DNA of 64,000 nucleotides from the NCBI RefSeq assembly GCF_009914755.1, contig NC_060938.1; one strand, 5' to 3'. Under the pieces are notes generated by a model. It ran no database searches. It was not told where the DNA came from and saw nothing but the letters and a program-made list of their open reading frames with translations. This document shows, piece after piece, positions 44,925-64,000 of this stretch (positions within the stretch are counted from its first letter, which is position 1; every line of letters starts with the position of its first letter). The DNA comes from the human T2T-CHM13v2.0 reference genome, Homo sapiens. Position numbers and translations under genes: made by a program.

Positions 44925-45588
44925 TGAGAACTTTCCTGACCTCTCTGTTGTCACCATGAAAGTGCTAGCCTATTTCTATGAGCAAAACAGGGCCTGTGCA
45001 GCCTTCCCCAGTATTCAGGGGTAACTGTTGTTGTTCTAGGATTTATCATCCATTTAGCTGTTGCTTTAATCCTCCTATTAAAGTCTCAGAGGAGCAAAGA
45101 TGTCAGCTTAACAGAGTACCATTAAGAGAGGAGGTGGCCAGAAAGCTACAACCAAACACTCACCTTCCATTTGTTTCTCACTTACTTGCAGCCTGTTTTT
45201 CATTGTGATTGCTGTAGTTGTTAGGAGCACCAAAGTGGGTCACCAGAAATGCAATCCACGCCTCAGCTGATCTGGGCAGCGTTAGAGTAACATGGAATCT
45301 GTTTATTTTAATTTATTTTAAAATGAATAAAGCCTTGTTTACTTTCTCTAGTTATGTTGCTTAGAAACCTCATAATTCTGACTTGAATCCAAATTACAAA
45401 TGGAACATTTGGAAAACTATGGAAAAGTGTTCTTGGAACCCTGTCATCATTTAAGGAACTTTTTCACCATGTTAATTCTGCATACTCTCACACATATGTA
45501 CAACTGCATAAATCTAATTTAAAACTATTTATTTTGAGTTGCCAGCCTGTGTATCATAAAGGAGGAAGTATTTTTCTCTTTTCTCTAA

Positions 45589-45959
<371 letters not shown>

Positions 45960-46699
45960 CCGATAGAAAGAAACTTTTTATCCTTCTTTCCTCCTTTCAT
46001 TCATTCTTCCTAAGGAAGAAAAGCAATTAAATCTATGAGCAGACCCTTCCTCTATCAAGCAGGGGACAATGTGTCAGCAACCAATACCCATGTATGGTCT
46101 CTTTTATTATTTTTGGCCTCCTCTCTCTAAAGAGATGGTCCTCCTGCAGCTACCCATGCCCACCTCTCCTCCCCACTGTAAGCCTGTTGGGGAAGGGCCT
46201 GCCCCTGCAGGGTTAAAACCAATGCTTGTCCAGCTGCTTTGCCAAGACTAGATTTGTAAATGCAATTCAGGGCACAAGGACTAAGAATTATATTTTGAAC
46301 CCTGGGCCAAGCTGCATTCTGCATTCCAGCTTTACCAGTAATGAAGCTATTATTTTGGTTTCATATTCTTATGTTTATTTGCCAATCAGCCAAAAACTTC
46401 AGAGAAGGAGTGTATGTTTCACTCAAACCCCAACCAGTGGATGTAATAAAATCATGGAATAGTAGCATCTCTCTACTGAGAAGCAGGCTTAGCTGAGCAG
46501 TTCCCTCATATTCTATGAGCAAACTAAGAGCTGGGGGCATTTAGCAACTTGCCCAAAGTCATGCTGATAGTTAGTGACAAAAATGGGACAAAAACTCGGC
46601 TCTCTGGACCTTGGATTCAGTGATCTTTGCATTATTGTTATGTTACTCAGGGCCAGCCTTGGTCACATGCTCTTGAAATCTTTGTATCTGTCTCCTGTC

Positions 46700-49600
46700 A
46701 TCACCTTTGGGAACTTCAACATCCAAAGCTGCCCCTTTAGCAACCAGATTACCTCAGTCTGACTTTCCTCATCTCCCACGCACTTTGCCACTACCTCACT
46801 CAAGCCAGTCTCTGAGAGTCACGCATAGAATACTGTCAATAATCGAAACTTCTCTACAGCCAAAATCACTAATTTAGATCCCTTTTGTTTTCTGATCCTT
46901 CTGCCCATCCTTCCTGCTTGCTAACTAAATCACCACCACTGCAACTGTTTTCCAGCCATGTTGAGACCTCCACCAATTGACTCCCTATTTTCTCCAAATC
47001 TTTTACCCTATCCTACTTACCCTTTCTCAATATCAAGCTTAGATTGGAGGGCCTTTCGCTTAAGACATTCTTCTTAGTTATTCTTCAAATCCTATTAACC
47101 TTCTCTCCTTTCATTAGATCCTAACAAATCTGACTATTCAACTTCCTCATTCCTTAAAATGGGCAGCTAAATATGCCTGAAGAAAATCGCACAGCCAGGA
47201 AAATCAATACCTCTATAATTCAAGGTCTTCAACTTCTTCTGTGATGGCAGCACTGCCTAACAATCCTATTGTATTTCTCTTGCCATCTTATTCCCATATC
47301 CTCTGCCATGATAATTGCAAAACTGCTCCATGTTCGTCAAACCTCTGAATTCCTTTCTCTCTCTTCACTCAGCAGCAGACACCTCCTTGTTTAGATAAAA
47401 TATGAATCACCGGTGAGAGTTCCTCAACTGTGCATGGTCAAACTCATTCTCTTCTTATCTCATCACAATGGAGGAGGCAGGCCTGCTACGCAAAGGCAAT
47501 CCCTCCCTCCACGTCCAGGAGCCCATCCCTCTCACAGCATACATCAGATTCTTGAACTCTTCACACATCTCTCAGACAAATATCTTTGCTATGATGGAAG
47601 ACACTGATATAATGGAATTGGTCAGACAGAATGTCAAGACAATTTGTCTCTTCCCTCTACCTCAGAATCTTTAGACTTCCTCTAGGGTCAGTCCTGGTTA
47701 TTTTTCTCTTCCTAATTTTTATCCATCCCCATGTCTCCAGTGTTGACCCTTTATGTGTTGACCATCAAAATTATGTTTTTAGACCAGATCTTGTCTCTAA
47801 AGTCTAGACATATATATGCAACTGCTAACTAAGCATTTCCCCCTAGATGGCTGACAGGTAACTCAAACTTACCATGTTCAAAAGTAAAAACTTACTGTCA
47901 TGATGGAATCTGTCAGACAGAATGTCAAGGGATACTGATCCAGCAATGTGGTACATTGTAATATTCAAAAGCATGTTGCCCCAGTCATATAAAGCCTCTC
48001 CCCCATAATAGATTATTTCAATATGATTTTGAGTATGCTAAAGTTTCTACCATCTTCAAAACAAGCATATAAACAAGCAAACAAAAGGCTCCCTCCACCA
48101 CACATTATTCCTTATTACCGTAGCTTCTCAAAAAGTTGTTACACTCTCTGACTCCATTATGCTACCTCGCTTTGCTCCCTACGAGGCTTTTCACCCTACT
48201 AAGCTCACCAGCTGATGTTCCCTTTCTCTTTTCATCTTGCTTGGTCTCTCAGTAGTGTGTGTCCCAGCAGACCACTCCTTCCACCCTGAAACACAAAGCA
48301 TTGAGCTCTCCTCATTTTCTTCTTGAGTCACAAGCCATCTCCCAGTCTGCTCTACTGCTTGATTCTAGTGGGCATTGTGATTACCTCTTCAGAAGCCAAG
48401 CAGGCTTAGATTGCAGGGCCTTTCATGTAAGTCATTCTTCTTAATTATTCCTCACATCCTATTGACCTTCTCTCCTTTCATTAGATCCTAACAAATCTGA
48501 CTATTCAACTTCCTCATTCCTTAACATGGGCAGCTAAAGATGCCTGAAGAAAATCACACACCAGTATTGTCCAGGTATTGGGGTCTTGGGCTTCACTGTC
48601 ATGGTCAACGAACAGTGGGGAACTGGACTCCATTCTTGATATTTGTGAAAGTTGTATGTGCTTCACATTCGTCAGCATAATCCCATTCTGAGGCTTAGCA
48701 AATTTTGTTTCAGGGTGGAGCATGTGACCCAATTCTGGTCAACAAAAACAAAGGCGTTACTAGGGGCTTCCAAGAGAAAAACCTTCTCCTTCCTCTGAGA
48801 CATCAACAATCAGACTCTCCTTTCTCAGGGTGGAAAAGAGAATATTAGCCTTGGAAATTGTAGACAGCCGCCATCTCGCAACTAGGTAAAAGAATCAGCC
48901 TTAGGAGGAAGCTAATACCACATAAGGCAGAGCCCAGAAATGGGAAGAAATTGGAAAATTTATGGCATCATTAAACTGCTGAATCGAATCAACCCTGAAG
49001 CCCATGTTGCCACTGGGCTTCTTCATTACATAACCTTTTACTCTTCAAGCCAGTCTGAATTAGTCTGATTATCTGCATCCAAATTCACTGTTTCTGATTC
49101 ACTGACTGGCCTTTAATCTTTATACTTCCTCTAGGGTCAGTCCTGGCCATTTTTCTCCTCCCATTTTTTATCCACTCCCCCGTCTCCAGTGTTGATCATT
49201 TATGTATTGACAGCCAAAATTATATCTCTAGACCAGACCTCGCCTCTAAAGTCTAGACATATATATGTGACTGCTGACTCAGCATTTCCCCTAGATCAGC
49301 AGTCCCCACCTTTTTGGCACCAGGGACTGGTTTTGTGGAAGACAATTTTTCCACAGACTGGGTCGGGGGGGATGGTTTGGGGATGATTCAAGCACATTTA
49401 TTGTGCACTTTATTGCTATTATTATTACATTGTAATATATAATGAAATAATTATACAACTCGCCATGAGGTAGAATCCGCAGGAGCCCTGAGCTTGTTTT
49501 CCTGCAACTAGGAAGGTCCATCTGGAGGTGATGGGACACAGTGACAGATCATCAGGCATGAGATTCTCATAAGGAGCATGCAACCTAGATCCCTGGCATA

Positions 49601-50780
49601 CACAGTTCACAACAGGGTTCGCGCTCCTATGAGAATCTAATGCTGCCACTGAGCTGACAGGAGGTGGAGCTCAGGTGATAATGCAAGTGATGGGGAGCAG
49701 CTTAAATACAGATAAAGCCTCACTTGCTCACCTGCTGCTCACCTCCTGCTGTGAAGCCTCGTTCCTAACAGTCCACAATCCGGTACTGGTCCATGGCCCA
49801 GGGATTGTGGACCCCTGCCCTAGATGGCTCACAGGTAACTCAAAATTATCATGTTTAAAATGAAAGTTATCTACTCCACCCACCAGTCTCCCCAGGTACT
49901 CACACACAGCCTGTTTCTCCTACCAGGTTCCCTGGCTTAATAAATGCACCAAGACTGAAATTTAAGAGTCATCTTTGTCTCTTCCCTCTATCTCACCCCT
50001 CCAACCCATATTCAATTACCAAATTCTGTCAATTCTACCTCCTAAGTAACTCTAATCCATCTATTTCCCTGCATCTTTATCATCTCTACCTTAGTCGAAA
50101 CCTCCAACATCTTTGCCTGAAATATTCAATAGCTCCTTCTATCCAATCTCCCTGCCTCTTTCATTGCCCCCTCTAATGCATTATTCACTTTGCAGCCTGA
50201 AGGAACTTTGTAAAATGGAAATCTGATCATGATGCCTCTCTGTTTAACCTTTCAGAACGTCCAGAATCATTATAGTTAATATCATCATCTCACATGAATT
50301 CTGCTCCAAAATAGTAATGACGGTAGCAACTGTAATAGTCATAGCTTTTTGTTTCATTTATTTGGTTCATTTGTTGAGCTCCTGTAGTGCTAAGTTACAA
50401 AACTTCATTTAATCTTCCCAACAATACCATGAAAAAGATACTACATAGCATCCTCTTACATGAGAGGAAACTGAGCTGTAGACAGAAGATTAAGTAGCAT
50501 TCCAGAGTCACCCAGCTGGAAATAGTAGAGCTGGGACTTGAGCCCAGGTTTGCTTGATTCCAGAAATTGAGCTCATAATTGATACTCAATATGACCTGCA
50601 AGCCCCTGTATGATGTGGTTTCTCCTCACCTCTTCATCTTTATCTCAGGAAACTCTTCCCCAAGTTAATAATCCAGACACACCAGTCTCATGTTGCTCAA
50701 ACATGTGGCCCTTCCTCACTAGTTCTCTCTGTCTGGAACATTCTTCCTCTCCCTGCTTCTCTGAGACAGGTCAGGCATCA
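46700..50780 (+). mobile_element. Fragmented L2 with nested insertions and local duplications
   Basis: L2-like motifs (tcacctttgggaacttcaacatcca; ctagatggct.acaggtaactcaaa; caaattctgtcaattctacctcc) interleaved with MER1A, an MLT-like piece (~48570-49090) and a MIR (~50340-50580). Confidence 0.6.
49297..49817. mobile_element. MER1A (hAT-Charlie)
   Basis: TIRs cagcagtcccca / tggacccctg; 521 bp; perfect 8-bp TSD ccctagat at 49289-49296 and 49818-49825. Confidence 0.9.
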
Positions 50781-51289
50781 GAACTTGCAGATGCAATGCC
50801 TCATAAACATCATCCAAGACCCGGCTGTTTACGTTCTCTGTTGTGCCGTCCACAGCCTCTGTTTCATCCTAAACTAGGTTCTTCTCACAGGCATGAGATG
50901 GCTGCTGGCAGGATGTGGCAACATGCTTCCTTGTTCATGTCTGGTTGAAGAGAGAGTTGGTGTCTTTTCCCCAACCATGAAACAACATTTCTTCCCCTCA
51001 ATTTGGGCCAATTTAAGTCATGGGGTCTCTGTTGCTGAACAAATAACTGTCACCAGAAGTATGCCATATGTGACAAGAGGCATGGAATTACTAATGTAAC
51101 TTAGACCAATATTCATGTATCCCAAAAGCAGAGGCCAACTCCCCAAACTGTATTGCTGTGACATAATGGCTAAGGGGGTGTAATAAATGTTGAAAATATT
51201 ATGCTCCCAGCATAATATTCTCAACATCAACCCTCTGCCAAGTTAGGTCCCATTAATTCTTCATATCACACTTTAAAATTACTAATTGA

Positions 51290-51630
51290 TTCAATACATG
51301 TTTCTTAGATGCCAGACACTAAGTGAAGCAATAGGTTTGCAATGGTGAACCAAAGAGACAGGATCGCTGCTCTTTTGGAGTTTACAGTTTAGTGGAAGGG
51401 ACAAAGATAACACAGGCAGACATGTAATTGCAATGTGTGATAGATGCTCTATGGGAAAGGAGGTTACTAGGAGAGACAATAACAGGGATTGAAATTAAGA
51501 TTTGGTGTTTGAAATGGCCATACTGAAGAAATACATTCCGCTCAGATGTGAAAGGTGGATAGAAAGAACCAGCAAGTAACAGCAAGTAGAAGAAACAGCA
51601 AGTGACACAGCCCAAGGCCACTGACAATCT
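51290..51630 (-). mobile_element. L2 3' fragment
   Basis: ttcaatacatgtttcttagatgccagacact..ttggagtttacagtttagtgg. Confidence 0.65.
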
Positions 51631-51736
51631 AATCCCTTTTCACCTTTACAAGTCATTTGCCTCTTTATTTTTTTCCCTTCCAAATGATATAAACATCTGT
51701 GGAAAATTAGAATGTAAATTTGTAAGACCTACATAT

Positions 51737-52075
51737 CAGGGGTCCCCAACCATCTGACCACAGGCCAGTACCAGTCAGTGACCTGTTAGAAACCAGGGCA
51801 CACAGCAGGAGGTAAATGGCCAGTGAGCAAGCTTTACCACCTGAGATCTGCCTCCCGTCAGATCAGTGCGTCATTAGATTCTCATAGGAGCACAAGCCCC
51901 ATTATGAACTGTGTATGTGAGTGACCTAGGCTGCATACTCCTTATGAGAATCTAACTAATGCCTGATGCTCTGAGGTGGTACAGTTTCATCCTGAACCAC
52001 ACTCCCACTGTCATCTGTGGAAAAATTGTCTTTCACAAAACCAGTCCCTGGTGCCAAAATGGTTGGGGACCACTG
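51737..52075. mobile_element. MER1B (hAT-Charlie)
   Basis: TIRs caggggtccccaacc / ggttggggaccactg; 339 bp. Confidence 0.88.
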
Positions 52076-52771
52076 CTATATGTTATAAACATAAAGGTAT
52101 TACTAATAGAAGGTAAGAGTGGAAACTAAGGGGGAATGTTTGAGAGAGGGTCAGGTAGCTGATGTTCCATCTTACTTAGGGAAGAAATGAAATACTGACT
52201 AAACTAATGGGACTAAAAATAAAGGCATAAATACATTATTTAAGACAAAAAAAGATAAACTTCTGGTTTAAGATGGCAAATTAGACACAAGCTTGCTTTC
52301 GCCTTCTGTCCCTTCCAAATCTCAGCGAAGTAAAAATATAAAAGTACTAAGATGAAGAAAATTGTAACAAAATAGCAGAGAACAGAAGAGGGAGGGAAAG
52401 ACTCTGTCCCAGGACTTCAAGACCATTTGATGTTGTGGTTAACATGTTTTAGTTATTACTAATAGAACATTTTATATGCACTAGTAATAGAAGTTTCTCT
52501 GCTTTCTGTCAAGTAAAAGTAACTAAGTGAACAGTGTTCTTCTTAATTATTCCTCTTTTTTTCCAAAGTAACAAATGCCTAGACCCAAATCCAGATGAGA
52601 AAAACCTAGCCACATGCTCCTTCTAATACTTCTTGTGTCACATTCTCACAATAGACTATTGCTTATCTCTAAAGTAGAAGAAACCAGTACTCCCTATAAA
52701 GATTTAAGAAATGCTTGACTATTTTGCTAGCTTCATTTGAAATCAAATGCTGTGATCTACAGTATTTATCA

Positions 52772-54885
<2,114 letters not shown>

Positions 54886-55184
54886 AGAGATGGAGAACAG
54901 ATTAGTGATTACCAATGATTAGAGAAGAGGAAGGGAAGGAGAGAGATGACTATGGCTATGAAAGGCCAGCATGGGGAATCCTTATGATGGAACTGTGTAT
55001 CGTGACTGTGGCAACGGTCACACCAATCTATATATATGGTAAATTTTCATAGAACTACAACACACAAACACACACAAGAATAAGCACATGAAAAATTAGT
55101 GACAATGTGAATAAAACTGATAGATCATATTCATGTTAAAATTAATAATAAATTCCTTTTTTCTCCTGTAACTTCAGACTCACC

Positions 55185-55800
55185 ATTCATTCACTGATTC
55201 ATTTGTCCACTTAACAAATATTTGCTGAGTATATTGTATACCAGCCACTATGCCATGGGCTAAGTATGCAACAGTGAACAAGTTCCACTTGTTGAGAGTA
55301 TGGTTCCAGCCCTTGTGGAGCTTACAGTGTAGCATGGATGGGACAGGACAAAATTAGGTAATTTTATAAGTAATTCATCAAAGTTGTGAGATGAATGTCC
55401 ATTGTTTTGATAACATAAAACAGGGAGACCTCACCTGGTCATTTGAGTCAGTGAAGGCTTTCCTAAGAGAGCACTGCTTAAGCTCAAACTTAATGAGTAA
55501 GCAGAAGCTAGATAAATAGCTGGAATATTGGTGTTGGGAGGAGGAATTGTTTGAAGCAAAGATAACATATGCGTTCCCTCAAATCTTGCCTTGAGCTGGG
55601 GAATAACATGGCTTATAGGAAGTGAAAAGTGTTCAATAAGACTGGAGCAAAGACAATGAAGGGGAGAGAGCTGCCGTATACAGACAAAGAGGTAGTCAAA
55701 AACTAATTCATCCAAGCAGACTCTTGTAAGCAAGTGCATGACCTTAGGAGAGGGTGGCTGAGGAGCAGTGAATAAGGTCATTGGAGATGATAGTGTCAGG
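55185..55800 (-). mobile_element. L2 3' fragment
   Basis: cattcattcactgattcattt..aacaaatatttgctgagt..ggagcttacagtgtag. Confidence 0.7.
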
Positions 55801-55832
55801 GAACTAAGACATCATGAAGTTGTATTGGATTG

Positions 55833-61778
<5,946 letters not shown>

Positions 61779-61901
61779 TCATCAAAATCTTTAGCACTCA
61801 TCCCGTAATCTTCATTAACTCCCCAAAGCCACCCAACTAATAGTAGTAGTGATAAAATTATTGATATGGGCAAGAGATCAGTTGCTGTGTGAAGGCATCT
61901 T

Positions 61902-62191
<290 letters not shown>

Positions 62192-63386
62192 GTGAAGGCA
62201 TCTTAATTACTAGCTCAGGTTGATTCCTGGGCTAGGCACTCAACCCTTTTGATAGGACTCTTCTCCATCTCAGGTTCTCCCTCTCTATTGGATTCTTCCA
62301 GATTCCAGCTAAGTTCAAGTATTCCTCATTGTAATATTCTCCCTTAACCTTGTATCCACTCTGGCAACTGCTGACTCTTCACAGCTAAAGTTAGTGAAAA
62401 GCTGATGGCAGTGGAAGAATGGTTCAGAGTTGTCTCTGGGGTCAAGAGAAGGACTTTCGCTACAGAGTCCTGTTGAAGATCCCTGTGAACCACCTACCTG
62501 AGGTCATCCCTAACACCCTGTCAACTCCCACTCCCACAGCAGGTTTTGGGAGTCTACTGAAATTATACATTTTTTCTCTTTAAGTCTGGCTTATAAAGAG
62601 AGACAAAAAGCTGGGAAAAACAAAGAGAAACTTCTATTCATTAAAAAGGTCGAGGAGAAACTTCCTGAAGGCATGAAGTTGGTCAGCTTTATCTGTCTAG
62701 TTACAAAGAGTTAGCCACAGAAGACTGCCATTTATCCAAGTGAGATGAAATAGAAAAATATAGCAAAAAAAAAAAAAAAACAAACCCAAGCAGAACATAA
62801 ATAAGGCTAGAGCCACCTGATAGCAGATTTGAACCTTCTGCAAATGACATTAATGGCTGAGGGCTGTTTCACTCACAGCACAACCTTGAATGGAGAAAAT
62901 CACCTGCCAGAAATTCAGGTGCCATTGAAAGAAACCCAAGTGCATGAATATTTTTATATTAGAAAAAGACAAATTCAGGAGAGCCATGTGTTGGATGCAG
63001 AGCCCCAGAAGATTGCAAAGCAATAAAATAGAAAAACAGGCAACCAAAATTGCAGGTCTAAAAGGATGTAGCATTCCTTGTCACAGTGAAGGAGGAAAGA
63101 AAGCAAGCAAACAACTAAAAGCTAAAAAGTTCAAAGTCAAATAATATCTGAAAGAAAAGAGGCTGATTATAGATGGTGACTCTATAGCAAGACCAGAGTC
63201 ATAGGACCCCTCCTGCATTCAGACACAGGCACAACCTCCTTCATTAGATGTAAGTCTGCAGGAAAAACACAAAAAACAAAGACTGTCAAAGGTTAATCTT
63301 CCTACCACATATATTCAATTTCCAGAACTTTATCTCCCAGAACTTTCTGATAACATTCAGCAGAAAATTATAAAAATTTTAAAAGA

Positions 63387-63713
<327 letters not shown>

Positions 63714-63734
63714 TCAGATAGCACAGCAAAAAAT

Positions 63735-64000
63735 GAAGAGAAGTTGGAGGACTAACACTACCCAACTTCAAGTATTTCTCTAAAGCTATGGTAATCAAGA
63801 AAGTGTGGTATTGGTGAATTAATAGACAAATAGATTAATGGAACAGAATAAAGAGCCCAGAAATAGACCAACATAAACATTGTCCACTGATCCTTGACAA
63901 AGAAGCAAAAGCAATACAATGAAGCAAAGAGTATTCTCAACAAATGGTGCTGGAACAACTGGACATCGATATGCAAAAAAGAATCTAGACACAAACCTTA
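63735..64000 (+). mobile_element. L1M ORF2 3' fragment (runs off the window)
   Basis: aaagctatggtaatcaag..aatggaacagaataaagagcccagaaatagacc. Confidence 0.85.

Overview
This is human genomic DNA: it carries an AluYb8 and an SVA insertion, is AT-rich, and is dominated by interspersed repeats (Alu, L1 of several ages, L2, MIR, MaLR/ERV LTRs, Tigger1, MER1A/B). I see no intact protein-coding gene; the long ORFs in the track come from Alu, SVA or L1, or are wrong-frame or antisense reads. The main non-repeat signal is a decayed, intron-containing two-pore-domain potassium channel (K2P/KCNK) gene on the minus strand at about 12975-20344, most similar to the TALK group (KCNK16-like). Four exons can be read directly from the sequence: M1/cap, GYG-M2, M3-P2 and the start of M4. 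The M2, M3-P2 and M4 exons have GT-AG boundaries and intron phases typical of the family. The gene has stop codons, a frameshift and selectivity-filter substitutions. The P1 exon could not be found, and the last exon is cut off by a junction with an L1. It is too divergent to be a recent copy of KCNK16, KCNK17 or KCNK5, so it is a candidate unitary pseudogene, i.e. a lost K2P paralogue. Other observations: a speculative chain of exon-like segments upstream on the same strand, two perfect inverted repeats (one is the SVA target site), an SVA with a non-canonical hexamer head, and a local duplication that preserves both the empty and the filled MER1A site. Repeat subfamily names are from recognition by eye and their boundaries are approximate.
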